Below, one piece after another: positions 39,901 to 54,686 of a stretch of 64,000 nt of DNA; within the stretch, counting starts at the first letter, position 1, and every line of letters starts with the position of its first letter. Source of the stretch: Malacoraja senta (lineage: Eukaryota). Both the position numbers and the translations under genes were made by a program. The stretch covers positions 8,744,001-8,808,000 of the forward strand of contig CM075994.1 of assembly GCA_038087875.1 (NCBI GenBank), read 5' to 3'. The notes below the pieces were generated by a model. It was not told the DNA's origin, ran no database searches, and was given only the letters and a program-made list of their open reading frames with translations.

Positions 39901-42900
39901 AAAATCGTACATCAGCATTCTAATCGCATTTCCGCACAAAATAGGGAATATCCGTACTACTTGGCAGCTCTGCATAACCTGACAACCATACTAATCAAGA
40001 ATTTATCTATCTCTGCCTTAAATATATCTAAGGCCTTCTGTGGTTGAGAATTCCACAGATTCACCACTCTCTGACTAAAGAAATTCATCCTCATCTCCTT
40101 CCTAAACCAGTTAACATTTCACATCATGAACTGGAAGAAACATAGAAATAGGTGCAGGAGTAGGCCATTTGGCCATTCGAGCCAGCACCGCCATTCAATA
40201 TGATCATGGCTGATCATCCACAATCAGTACCCTGTTCCCGCCTTCTCCCAATATCCCTCAAATCTGTTAGCCCTAAGAGCTATATCTAACCCTCTCTTGA
40301 ATACATCCAATGAATTGGCCTCCACTGCCTTCTGTGACAGAGAATTCCACAGATTCACAACTCTCTGGCTGAAAATATCTTTCCTCATCTCAGTCCCAAA
40401 TGGCCTACCCCTTATTCTTAAACTGTGGCCCCTGGTTCTGGATTCCCCCAACATGGGGGAACATTCTTCCTGCAACTAGCCTGTCCAATCCCTTAACAAT
40501 TTTATATGTTTCCGTAAGATTCCCTCTCAATCTTCTAAATTCCAGTGAATACAAGCCCATTCTTTCATCATATGTCAGTCCCGCCATCCCGGGAATTAAC
40601 CTGGTGAACCTAAGTTAGTAAGTATGTAAGTTTATTGGCCAAGTATTCACATACAAGGAATTTGCCTTGGTGCTCCGCCCACAAATAACAACATGACATA
40701 GTGACAGTTACGAAAACACTAAACATTAATAATAATAAAAGATTAATGATAAAACACCATTGATCAAGCATGTGAACCAATAAAATACCAGAACAAAGGG
40801 AGGCTACAGATTTTTGGCTGTTGAGTAGAGCAACTACTCGTGGATAAAAATGATTTTTATGTCTGGCTGTGGCAGCTTTGACAGTCCGAAGTCGCCTTCC
40901 AGAGGGAAGTGATTCAATGAGTTTGTGGCCAGGGTGAGAAGGGTCAGAGATGATCTTACCCACTCGCTTCCTAACGTACGCTGCACTCCCTCAATAGCAA
41001 GAATGTCCTTGCTCAAATTAGGAGACGAAAAATGCACACAATTTGCAGGTGTGGTCTCACCAGGGCCCTGTACAACTGCAGTAGGACCTCCTTGCTCCTA
41101 TACTCAAATCCTCTCGCGATGAAGGCCAACCTGCCATTAGCTTTGAGGGTAGACAAAAATGCTGGGGAAACTCAGCGGGTGAGGCAGCATCTATGGAGCG
41201 AAGGAAATAGGCAACGTTTCGGGTCGAGACCCTTCTTCAGACTTACATTAATTTTGAGGGAATGAGGGGATGATTTACAGTTTTTTTTGCTCTCCATCAG
41301 AGAATTCACACAGCTACGTATCAAGTCTTTCCCATTTGAGACATCACCTATCTAGGGCAACCTGCTGACAACATGCCACGTTGGAAGCAGGTCTCAGAGA
41401 AGCGTTCTTTATTGCAATCAGCCAGAAGAGTCTATTTATAAGCAAACAGCCTCTTACTGACGGCAGTAAACTGAAGCCTTGACTGAGGTCACTGCACCAT
41501 ATTCAGATAAAAGTGGGGCAATTTCACCTGAAGATCCAATGTATGCATTATATCTATTAGATAGAAATTGCACCGGCCTTGATAGAAATTGCACATATAA
41601 AATGACCTGTAAAATAAATACTCCCCCGTTGGATTGCAACCTTGTCGTGGTCGGGGAGCTGGTGTGTCTCAGTGACCCCTGGAGCTATGCCAGCGGGAGA
41701 TTTGTCTCCTGTTAGGGTCTCCCATGCTGGACAGGTCGAAGGGTAGAGGCTAGACGAAGAGCTATCCTCCACTGGTCCTCCAGGTTGGAGGTTGAGCACA
41801 GGGCTAACAACCCTGTCTCGTAAAACAAATATGTTATGGAAACAGCAACTGAAGGAATCAACACTACTGAGTGGAGGACCTTCGTTGCTGCCCTACATGC
41901 CAGGAGGCATAATAGGCAGTAAGTAAGTAAAATAAATAGCGAGTTAGGGGAATTATCCAACTACGTGCACACAGGATAGTACTCGAGATTAAAATCGAGA
42001 TGTAAATGAGTGTGGGCTGTGGAGTCCTGGGAGAGCCTTGCAGCTGACCGCACGAGGTGGAGAGGTACCCTGAACCAACGTCTCAAAACGGGGGAAGAGA
42101 AACTGTTGAACGCAGCAGCAGAAAGGAGTGCAGCAACTTCAACAGACCAGAGACCACACACAAATGTGACCTTTGCCACAGAGACTGTCACTCCCGCATT
42201 GGTCTCTTCAGCCACAAGGGACGCTGCTCCAGCCGGGGTTTGGAGCAAGCAGCCAACTACTAGGATGCATCACCCATGGTCAGCTATGACCGAGGGGGGC
42301 CTACAAATGGGCTGTGTTACTGGGGACACTTGCTATCTTATACTTAAACCCAAAACTAAACTTAACAGAAGTTTCTCCGGGCACATCGAGGGGGCAGCGG
42401 TGGAGGTTGATACGATAGCTGCATTTAAGAGGCATGCGGGGTATGGAGGGAAATGGACTCAGTGCAGACAGATAGGAGTTGAGCTGAAAGGGTTCAGAGA
42501 AGATTTACAAGGATGTTGCCAGGACTAGAGGGTGTGAGCTGTAGGGAGAGTTTGAGTAGGCTGGGTCTCTATTCCTTGGAGCGCAGGAGGTTGAGGGGTG
42601 CTCTTATAGAGGTGTACAAAATCATGAGAGGAATAGATCGGGTAGATGCACAGAGTCTCTTGCCCAGAGTAGGGGAATCGAGGACCAGAGGACATAGGTT
42701 CAAGGTGAAGGGGAAAAGATTTAATAGGAATCTGAGGGGTAACGTTTTCACACAGAGGGTGGTGGGTGCATGGAACGAGCTGCCAGAGGTGGTAGTTGAG
42801 GCTGGATCTATCGCACCGTTTAAGAGGCAGTTGGACAGGTACATGGATAGGACAGGTATGGAGGGTATGGAGGGTTGAGGTAGTTGAGGCTGGGACTATC

Positions 42901-45518
42901 CCATCGTTTAAGAAACAATTGGACAGGTACATGGATACGACAGGGATACTAGACCAAGTAGGACCCTTTCGCACGGGAGGCCTGGTCCCCCAACGCAATA
43001 TTCGACCACTCACCCATAGCCCCCACCGGAGGCCTGGTCCCCCAATGCAACAGCGTTCCCCAACACAATATTCCACCACTCACCCGTTCCCCCAACGCAA
43101 TCTGCTCCCCCAACGCAATATTCCACCACTCACCCGTTCCCCCAACGCAATATTCCACCACGCACGCATAGCCCACAATTGTGCAGAGCGGCTCATTTCC
43201 CCTTATTCACCCTCCCTCAATTTAAAAAAAAAAAGCGATTGCACTCCAAGTGCCACCCGTTGGGTCCCTGTCACACGGGAGGACTGGTCCCTCAATTCAA
43301 CCCGTTCCTCAACGCAATATTCCACCACTGACACATTCCCCCAACGCAATATTCCACCACGCACCGATAGCTCCTAACTGTGCAGGGGGCTGCTCATTCC
43401 CCCTTATTCACCCTCCCTCATTTTAACTTTAATAAAAATGCAATTGCACTTGCTAGGGCTGCCAGGACTAGCGGGCAGGGGATATGGATCAAACGGATAT
43501 GGCAGGTGGGACAAGTGTGGCTGGGACATGTTGGCCGGTGTGGGCAAAGTGGGCCAAAGGGCCTGTTACCACACTGGATCACTCTATGACTCCATGCATC
43601 TTCTATGTTCGTCAGATGCAACCATCCACACTGCGGTTCAAAGAGCTCTCAATGTGTTGTACTGGTCCACCACCAATTGTGCAGCAACTGGTGGTCTGAC
43701 ATCTCCTTTAACACGGACAAAATGCCGAGTGCACGAAAATGTGCCTCCTAGGCCGGGCAAGGCGGACGATCTCGACCTCATCGGGATTTCCGCGCCGATC
43801 GGCATGTTGTATTTGCCGCCTGCAGCCGAGGCTCTGGAACCCCAGCCCGGCCGGAGCTGGAAGATCCCTTCCCATAGCCGACTTTGCGGGCCAGAATCTC
43901 AGCCCCTTGGCAGACTGTTCCAGCTACCGTCGGGACTCCTCTCAGAGGACGCGTCCACAAGTTGGTCTGACAGAACGGATAATCCAGAAGAAAGGCTCTG
44001 GAAGCAAAGATGCCGGGGAAGAGTGAAAAGCGTACTTCAAAAATAAATATTCCAGCGCCATTCTTTGGAAAGCGAACTGAAACCGTCACACACATGACCA
44101 AATGGCATCACAGAAAGTAATAGTAAGAGATTCATCTGACTCATTGCCATTTTCCAACCTACAGAACTATAACGCATGTCTGCTAAAGACATGAACATTC
44201 AAGCAGAATTTGCGAGATAAAACCGAGTTATGAGAAAAATGCTTCCGGGTGAGATCACACACGTGACCAGTCATAGACAATAGGTGCAGGAGTAGGCCAT
44301 TCGGCCCTTCGAGCCAGCACCGCCATTCACTGTGATCATGGCTGATCATCCACAATCAGTACCCCGTTCCTGCCTTTTCCCCATATCCCCTGACTCCGCT
44401 ACATTTAAGAGCCCCATCCAGCTCTTTTGAAAGCATCCAGAGAACCAGACTCACAACTCTCTGTGAGAAAAAGTGTTTCCTCACCTCCGTTCTAAATGGC
44501 TTACCCCCAATTCTTAAACTGTGGCTGCTGGTTCTGGACTCCCCCAACATCGGGAACACGTTTCCTGCCTCTAGCGTGTCCAAACCCTTAACAATCTTAT
44601 GTTTCAATAAGATACCCTCTCATCCTTCTAAACTCCAAGTGTACAAGCCCAGCCGTTCCATTCTCTTAGCGTATGACAGTCCCGCCATCCCGGGAATTAA
44701 CCTTGTAAACCTACGCTGCACTCCCTCAATAGCAAGAATATCCTTCCTCAAATTAGGGGACCAAAACTGCACACAATACTCCAGGTGTGGTCTCACTAGG
44801 ACTCTGTACAACTGCAGAAGGACCTCTTTGCTCCTATGCTCGACTCCTCTTGTTATAAAGTCCAACATGCCATTCGCCTTCTTCACTGCCTGCTGTACCT
44901 GCATGCTTACTTTCATAGACTGATGAACAAGGACCCCCAGATCACGTTGTACTTCCCCTTTTCCCAACGTCGCCATTTAGATAGTAATCTGCCTTCCTGT
45001 TTTTGCTACCAAAGTGGCTTTGACATCGGGAGAAGAATGGAGAGCAGGGGAGAGACAAGACTTTGCCTTCCATCACAGTGAGGAGGAGATTCACTGTGAT
45101 GGATGTTTGTGTGAACTGTGTTGGTTGTATGTCTTGTTAATTGTTTCTTTTTGTTGTATGACTGCAGAAACCAAATTTCGTTTGAACTTCATTTGAGGTT
45201 CAAATGACAATGAATTAAATTGTAATTGTAACCTCACATTTATCTGCCCATTAAACTTCATCTGCCAATGCATCTGCCCACTCCCCCAACCTGTCCAAGT
45301 CACCCTGCATTCTCACAGCACCCTCCTCACAGTTCACACTGCCACCCAGTAAATTTCCCTAAAATTACCCGAAGGCAACCAGAATTTCCCAAATTTCGGG
45401 TAACTTCCTTCAAAGTGGAAACACTGAAGAGATGTATTCCACAATTTTTTCATATTTTTGGCCACGCACGTGACCAAGAATTGGGGGCCATCACCGACGA
45501 CTCAATCACAAGGCTTAC

Positions 45519-45691
45519 CTGCTGCTGCCTTTGAAACCTGGGCGGCAACGACTTCTGGTACTTGGAGTAACCCTGCGAAGTCTGCGGCGGCCTCCCCTGC
45601 ACTATCACCTCTACTTTTGACTCGACTCTTGCCACCCCCGTCTCCTCTTTCACTTCAACCGTCTCCTTTTCAGGAGGAGGTGGAGGTTCAG
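45519..45691 (-). CDS. PRRC2A: PRRC2A coding exon (EPPPPPEK…GYSKYQKSLPPRFQRQQQ), right copy
   Basis: KYQKSLPPRFQRQQQ hallmark; tctccag acceptor, GTAAGC donor; 173 nt, phase 1 to 0. Confidence 0.93.
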
Positions 45692-46174
45692 CTGGAGAGA
45701 AACAAAAAAAAGATTCAATAAATAGAGTCATCTGCATTTAATCGAACCTCCCGTGCTTATCATTTCCAGTCTAACCAGGCAAGTCCCCAAGTTGACGTGC
45801 AAGTTTTGCACATTGACGTGACTGCACAGGTGGGGGGGGGGGGGGGGGGGGGGAAAGGAACTGCAGATGCTGGTTTAAACCGTAGACACAAAACCGAAGA
45901 TAGACATAATGATAAGGCTGAATGATGTTTAATATAAATATGTATTAAATATCATTCAGCCTTACCATTCCCTCCTTTAAAAAAAAAAATCAGTTTTGAT
46001 AACAATTACAGTGCTTGCCGAGTACATAAGAAAGACCATAAACCTCTCAACAGACAAATTAATAGTACAACTAGTAATACAATCAATCCATAGTGGACAA
46101 TAGTTCCCTAAGACGTTCCAAACATATTAAAAGGCCACCAACGTCTGATAAGGCTGAATGATATTTAATATATA

Positions 46175-47336
46175 CTAGACCAAGTGCAGACCCGTTGGGT
46201 CTGTTTCCCCAACGCGCGTTTGCAGAGGGGGGCTGAGGCGTCGCACTAACCATCCCTCGTTGGGTCTGTTCCTCCAAAGCACGGTTGCGGGGTGGGAATC
46301 TGGCACCTACAAACACACACACTCATCACACCCCTTGATATTATCTTAATTATATTAATTGGCTTCTTTTATCCCATCTCCACCCTATCCACTGACGAAT
46401 AGCCCTCACCTCTCAGGTGCGTCTAGAGGGGGGGGGCAGAGAGAGTGTGCACAGACAGAGTGAAGAGAGAGAGAGAGGGCAGAGAAAAAGATAAAGATCA
46501 AAGAGAGAGAGCAGAGAGGGGGTAGAGGGGGAAGAGTGTGGATGGAGGGGGAAGAGTGGGGAGGGAAGGTGGGTGGGGGAGGGAAGGTGGTGCGGGAGAG
46601 AGGGAAGGGGTGGGGGAGGGAAGGAGGGAGAGGAAGGGGGTGGTGGAGAGAGGGATGGGGTGGGGAGGAGGAGGGGAGAGGGAGAGGGGAGGGATGGGGG
46701 GGAGGTAGAGGTGTGGGGGAGGGGGGAGAGGTGTGGGGGAGGGAGGGAGATGGGGTAGGTGAGGGAGGGGAAGAATGTGGAGGGAGGGGGAGAGGTGTGG
46801 GGGGAGAGAGGGGAAATAGTGGGAGGGAGAGTGGAAGGGGTAGGGACAGTCCATCTGTTCCCCTTTCCCTATCACCCCCAATCCTCTTTCTCTATTCCCA
46901 CAAACGTGATGACGCGCTTTGACACAGGCTGCGGGGGTGGGGGGGAGGGGCAGGGGCATATGTAAATGGATCCATTCCCATTGGACATCTGTGAGCATTG
47001 GGCATTGTGACATCACACGATTGAACGTTCACCAACATTCTATGGGTGAGAGCTGTTTTTTTTAAAAAACATTTTGAAATTTGGGGGGGGGGGGCGGGGG
47101 GGGGGGAAGAGAAGGATTTGATTTAAAATGTGTACATAAACACGACAACATTTAATCAGGAGTGGATACTTGGAATGAAAAGTGAAATCTCTACCGAAAT
47201 GGAAAAATCTCGGCGTTTCTGCGTGTGGTGTTGGCGTAGCAAGGAATCAAAGGAAGGCTGGCATCCACAAGACAGGCAGAAACACAGCCAGAAACACACA
47301 CACACACAGAGTTTTAAATATAGATAGATAGATAGA
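46175..47336 (-). mobile_element. Non-autonomous Helitron (truncated duplicate from ~32813 to the gap)
   Basis: 5' TC-TAT start, 3' CTAG|T end, subterminal hairpin cagaccc-gtt-gggtctg (46187-46203). Confidence 0.7.
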
Positions 47337-47370
47337 TATTTATATAAAACATAATTCAGCCTTATCAATA

Positions 47371-47660
47371 GGGCGGTCACGGTGGCACAGCGGTTGCTAC
47401 CTTACAGCGAATGCAGCGCCAGAGACCTGGGTTCCATCCCGACTACGGGTGCTGTCTGTACGGAGTTTACACCTTCTCCCCGTGACCTGTGTGGGTTTTC
47501 TCCGAGATCTTCGGTTTCCTCCCACACTCCAAAGACGTACAGGTTTGTAGGTCAATTGGTAAATGTAAAAAATTGTCCCTAGTGGATGTAGGATAATGTT
47601 AATGTGCGGGGATCGCTGGTCGGCACGGACCTGGTGGGCCGTATCTCTATACTAACCTAA
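47371..47660 (+). mobile_element. tRNA-derived HE1/V-SINE; other copies ~5892-6110(-), 11945-12232(-), 12322-12605(+), 18605-18920(-), 24210-24395(-), 24466-25390(+, interrupted), 53200-53340(-)
   Basis: A box GGTGGCACAGCGG, B-box-like GGTTCCATCC, V-SINE core ggtttcctcccaca. Confidence 0.85.
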
Positions 47661-48122
47661 AATGGAGTTATCAGCGGGACAGGCAGCATCTCTGGATAGA
47701 AGGAATGGGTGATGTTTCGGGTCGAGACCCTTCTTCAGACTGAAACGGTACCCATTTTCCTCTCCTGAGATGCTGCCTGTCCCGCTGAGTCACCCCAGCA
47801 TTTGGTGCCAACACACAGCGGAAGTACCTTCACTAGATTGACTGCTTCAGTTAGAGGAGATCCGTCGTCATTAGGGATGAGCACTAAATACCAGAGGTAG
47901 ACAAAAAATGCTGGAGAAAACTCAGCGGGTGAGGCAGCATCAATGCAGCGAAGGAATAGGTGAAATTTCGGGTCATGACCCTTCAGAAGAAGAAGAGACC
48001 CTTACTCGCTGGAGTTTAGAAGGTTGAGGTACAGAGGTAGAACATGAACAGCCATGTTGTTGGTGCATGGTACGATCCATACTGTATATTTCATCCTACT
48101 TTCCCTTTGCTGTTGTTTTCAG

Positions 48123-48243
48123 TACCGATGCATCGACATCTCAGCAGCCGGAATCGCAGCAGCCGCCGGCTTCACAGACGTCTGGCTCCAGTCAGCCGAA
48201 ACGTCCAGTAGCAGCAACAGCAGTGGTAGTAACACCACAGGAG
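48123..48243 (+). pseudogene. PRRC2A: Inverted copy of an N-terminal (BAT2_N region) PRRC2A exon: TDASTSQQPESQQPPASQTSGSSQPKRPVAATAVVVTPQE
   Basis: Matches mammalian PRRC2A [28 protein letters not shown]; intact ttttcag acceptor and GTATGA donor, but on the strand opposite to the gene. Confidence 0.8.
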
Positions 48244-49057
48244 GTATGACTCGACGTAGCTTGCAAAGAAATCCGGGTGGGCCCGTAATTCACTTTGCTT
48301 AATCTTTCTGTTTGTAATACAAAATGTAGCTGGCCTTTTCTTTAAGAAAAAAAGAGCTTTCATTCCAGCTTTGCGAGGTAGATAAAAATGCTGGAGAAAC
48401 TCAGCGGGCGAGGCAGCATCTATGGAGCAAAGGAATAGGTGACGTTTCGGGTCGAGACCCTTCTTGAGACCTCCTCTCTCACGGACCCCTCTTTAACAAC
48501 CTCCTCTCACTGCCCCCCCCCCTGTGATTTCCCCTTCCCTCGATCTCTACGGCCACATCTTAACCCAGAAACAAAAACCTATTTCCTTCGCTCCATAGAT
48601 GCTGCCTCACCCGCTGAGTTTCTCCTGCATTTTTGTCTACCTTCGATTTTTCCAGCATCTGCAGTTCTTTCTTAAACTAAATACCAGAGGTTGGTTGAAC
48701 GGGTGGACTGAAGGTGTAGATAACGGTAATGCTTGCTAACAATGTGTAGATCACAGCAGTCTGTTAAACTGGCGTTGCACGCCATTTGGAAACACTCCAA
48801 CTGATCAATGCCAATCTAACTGGGCAGTTGAGGACAATTATAAGCGCCAGGTTGGTGGCTGAACATACTAATTTTTAAAGTGCGTGAATGCAGTACACGA
48901 ACTGTTGCCCTGCCTAATGCAGCAAATGCATCATTTCCTGAAGGCAGCTACTGTGCGCGGGTGCTGCAGGGTCATCTCGATGGGTGATATGTGGACATGA
49001 TTATTTGCCAGGCCTGCCACAGGGCACAAAGCAGAGAATCACTTGTGCACCCACTTT

Positions 49058-52000
49058 AATAATAATAATAATAATAGATTTTATTTATATAGCGCTTTTC
49101 AGGACTCAGTCGCTTTACATTGAGAGTCAAGAATAAACAAAACAAAATAGAGCAGTAAGACAGAGATGCAAAGGGGAGGGGAACATGGGACTAAGGGTAT
49201 GCAGAGGTGAAGAGATGGGTCTTGAGGCGGGACTGGAAGATGGTGAGGGACTCAGAATTTCGGACCAGTTGTGGGAGGGAATTCCAGAGCCTGGGAGCTG
49301 CCCTGCTGAAGGCTCTGCCTCCAAAAGTGCAGAGGTTTGATTTCGGAGTGGAGAGGAGACCAGCTGATGTGGATCTGAGGGACCGTGAGGGTTGGTAGGG
49401 GGAGAGGAGGTCAGTGAGATAAGGGGGGGCCAAGTTGTCGAGGGCTTTGTAGGTGAGGACCAGGATTTTGTAGGTGATCCGGTGGGAAATGGGAAGCCAG
49501 TGAAGTTCTTTGAGAACTGGGGTGATGTGGTGCCAGGATTTGGTGTGGGTGATGAATCGGGCGGCTGCATTCTGGACCAGTTGGAGTCGGTTGATGTTGC
49601 TGGAATTGATTCCAAAGAGAAGAGAGTTACAGTAGTCCAGTCGGGAGGAGATGAAGGCATGGATGAGTCTTTCAGCAGCGGGGGGTGTGAGAGAGGATCT
49701 GATTTTGGCAATGTTGCGGAGGTGAAAAAATGATGTTTTGACAACATGGCGGATGTGAGGCTCAAGGGAGAGGGTTGAGTCAAAGATCACGCCAAGGTTG
49801 CGTGCCTGAGGAGATGGGGAGACAGTGGTGCCGTCAATAGTGAGAGTGGGGTTGTTAATTTTAGTGAGTGTTGATTTGGAGCCAATGAGGAGAAATTCTG
49901 TTTTGCTACCGTTTAATTTAAGGAAGTTGAGTTGCATCCAAGATTTGATGGCTGATAGGCAGGAGTTGATATGGGAGAGAGGGGGGTGGTGGGGGGACTT
50001 GGTGCTGAGATAGATCTGGGTGTCATCAGCATAGCAGTGGAAGTCCAGGTTGAAGTGACGGAGTATATGACCAAGGGGGAGGATGGGAGTATATGACCAA
50101 GGGGGAGGATGTAGATGATGAAGAGGAGGGGACCAAGAACGGAGCCTTGGGGAACGCCTTGAGTGACAGTGGCTGTGGCAGAGGTGTGGTTATGGAGAGA
50201 GATGAAGTGGGATCGGTTGGAAACGTAGGAACGGAGCCAGCTGAGTGCAGAACCTTCAATGCCAAGGTCCCTAAGTCTGGTGAGCAGGATGTTATGGTTG
50301 ACGGTATCGAAGGCTGCACTCAGGTCGAGGAGGATGAGGATATTGAGGGAGCCAGTGTCAGCAGAGGTAAGGAGGTCATTGAGGACTTTGAGGAGTTTCT
50401 GTGCTATGGAGGGGGCGAAAGCCAGATTGGAGGGGTTCGAATAGGTTATACGCGAGGAGGTGGGAATGAAGTTGTGACGCGACGATACGCTCCAGGGTTT
50501 TTGAAAGAAAGGGGAGGTTTGAGATAGGGCGGTAGTTAATGAGAGAGGAGGGATTAAGACCAGGTTTCTTTAAGATTGGTGTGACAGCAGCAGTTTTGAA
50601 AGCAGAGGGGACAATTCCTTGGGACAATGAGGAGTTGAAAAGATTAGTGAGGTAGGGGCAGAGAGCAGGGAGGCAGGACTTCAGCAGGGGAGTGGGGAGA
50701 GGGTCAAGGGAGCAGGTAGTGGGTTTGGAAGAGCTGATGAGTTTGGAGATTTTAGTAGGGGTGACCGGGTCAAACTGGGAGAGGAAGCAGTGAGGGGGAG
50801 GGGTATGGAGATCAGCGGAGATGTTGAAAGGAGGGGCCTTGGCAGGTGGTGGAGTAGATGCTGGGGAGTCGGGTACAGGGGATAGGGATTGATAGATGGT
50901 GCTGATTTTGTCAGCAAAAAAGTGGAGGAATGAGTTGCAGAGATCCAGAGTGGAGATAGGGAGAGTGTTGGCTCGAGGCTTGAGGAGGTTGCACACGGTG
51001 AAGAGGGTTCTGTGGTTTAGGCAGGGGTCAGTGAATATGGAGGAGAAGTATGCAGATTTAGCAGCAATGAGGGCATCTTTATAGGCAGTGAGGTGGAGTT
51101 TGTAAGCTTCATAATAGACTGAGAGGTGATTTCTTTATGAGTCGTTCAAGTCGGCGACCAATCTGTTTCAGCTTACGAAGTGCAGGTGTGTACCAGGGTG
51201 AAGATTTATCAAAAATTACGGTTCTTGTTTTGAGGGGAGCCAGAGTGTTAAGGGAGGTAGACAAGGTGGAATTGAGATGGTTTGTAAGATCATCAGGTGA
51301 GATGTGGGTTGAGTCCAGGGGGAGAGTGGTGGAGAGCAGGTCAGAGAGATGGTGAGGGTCGATGGATTTTAGATTACGGAAGGTGATTTCTCAGAGGAAG
51401 CGGGGGCGAGGTGTCGGAGAAGGGATGGTGAACCGTATGAGCTTATGATCAGAGAGGGGGAAGAGGCATGGATGGAGGTTGAGTACCGGTTGATTTGTGG
51501 AGCAGACCAGGTCAAGGATGTGACCTTTGTCATGAGTGGGAAAGGTGACGTGCTGAGTGAGAGAGAAGTTGTCAAGTAAAAAAGCGAATTCAGATGCGAG
51601 CTTGCAGGTGGGGGAGTCCATATGAATATTTAAGTCACCAAGTAGCAGCAGACGTGGGGTGAGAGATGAGACAAGTGTGAGGAATTCAGTGAAGTCAGAT
51701 AGGAAGGAGGGGTTTGGTTTAGGTGGCCGGTAAATGAGGATGACTGTCATGGAGGAAAGGGCTTTGAAGGCAAGGAATTCAAATGATGCTGCTGGGGGGA
51801 GGGGGAGTTCAACGATAGGAAAGTTCTGGTTGAAAATAACAGCGAGGCCGCCTCCATGGCGGGAGGGGCGGGGTTTGGAAATATAATTAAATCCAGATGG
51901 GGATGCTTGGTTGAGGGAGAAGAAGACATTGGGTTGTTGCCAGGTTTCAGTGAGCAGAAGGAAGTCAAGAGTGTTGTCAAGGATTAGTTCATGGAGGGCA

Positions 52001-52390
52001 AGGGCTTTGTTGTTGAGCGACCGGGTGTTGAGGAGGGCAAAGTTGGCATTGTGAGAGGGTGGAGGGATGGGGGCAGGCTGGAGAGATCTGAGGTTGTCCC
52101 AGTTGACAGTGCATGTGGTCAGCTAGGATGGGGGGTGACACGGTTGAGGGGGGGCAGAGCGTGATAGTGAGCAGATGGATGGAATGGAATGTCCATGGCC
52201 GGGGCAAACAAGCTTGCGTCGAGAGCCTCTATGGATGTAACGGGGTCGACGCAGAAGTCCAAATTGTTTAATGATTGGGATGCAGGATGGGGTGTGATTG
52301 TTGGAGAGACCAGTCAGCCGCAGAGCCGAGTATTTGATCATGATGAAGCGGCAGAGAGGTTGTCCAGCGGTGAGGGCGCAGAGAGGTGGG
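49058..52390 (-). mobile_element. L2-clade LINE, near-complete ORF2 (APE endonuclease + RT) with frameshifts
   Basis: LLRRPRYIHRGS N-terminus, IYRPPK/GDLNIH/GHILDLV endonuclease, YRPISNLPFLSK, QSGFR, FHCYADDT, SRLDYCN, (ATT)n tail. Confidence 0.92.
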
Positions 52391-52616
52391 TTTAGTTGGG
52401 TTCAAAGATACAGCATGGGCACAGGCCAGTCGGCCCACCGATCCGCGCCTTTCTCACCCACTCCCCACATACAGGGGGCAATTTAGAGAGACCAAACGTA
52501 TGTTCAGAGATATAGCATGGAAATGGGGCCTTCGGCCCACCCAGTCCACGCCGTCCATACACGTTCTACGTTATCTCATCCGCTCTATATACACAAGGGG
52601 CAATGTACAGCGGGGC

Positions 52617-53195
52617 AACCTGACCTTTCTGTCCTGGGCCTCCTCCATTTTCAGTGAGGCCCAGCGCAAATTGGAGGAACATCACCTCATATTTCGCTTG
52701 GGTAGTTTACACCCCAGTGGTATGAACAATGACTTCTCTCACTTCAGATAGCCCTTGCTTTACCTCTCCGACCCCTTCCCAGTTCTCCCACTGGTCTGAC
52801 TGTCTCCACCTACATTCTATCTGTCCCGCCCTCTCCCCTGACATCAGTCTGAAGAAGGGTCTCGACCCAAAACGTCACCTATACCTTTGCTCCATAGATG
52901 CTGCCTCATCCACCGAGTTTCTCCAGATTTTTGTCTATCTCATATTTTGCATGGGTAGTTTACACCCCAGCGGTGTGAACATTGACTTCTAACTTCAGAT
53001 AGCCCTTGCTTTACCTCTCCGTCCCCTTCCCAGTTCTCCCACTAGTCTTACTGTCTCCGACTACATTCTATATCTGTCCTGCCCCCTCCCCTGACATCAG
53101 TCTGAAGAAGGGTCTCGACCCGAAACGTCACCCATTCCTTCTCTCAAGAGATGCTGCCTCACCCGCTGAGTTACTCCAGCATTTTGTGTCGACCT
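52617..53195 (+). mobile_element. Tandem Penelope 3' fragments
   Basis: Two consecutive copies of the endonuclease C-terminus plus terminal repeat. Confidence 0.8.
53102..53129 (+). ncRNA. Minimal hammerhead ribozyme motif in a Penelope terminal repeat (representative of many)
   Basis: CUGAAGA-A-GGGUCUCGACCC-GAAA-CGUC: core, stem II and palindromic ACGU in place of stem III; stem I only ~2 bp. Confidence 0.6.
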
Positions 53196-53401
53196 ACATA
53201 CCCGCACGACTTTGGGACATGGGAGGAAACCCACATGGTCACATGGAGAACATGCAAACTCCACGCAGAAAGCACCAGAGGTCAGGATCAAACCCGTGTC
53301 TCTGGCGATGTGAGGCAGCAGTACCAACAGCTGCACCATGATGCCAGCTAATTGGGGAACATTGTACCCAAGCTTATTGAGGAGGAACCGGCAGCAAGTT
53401 C

Positions 53402-54686
<1,285 letters not shown>

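Noticed and set aside
47371..47445. tRNA-like A/B boxes
   Set aside because: Head of a SINE, not a full cloverleaf
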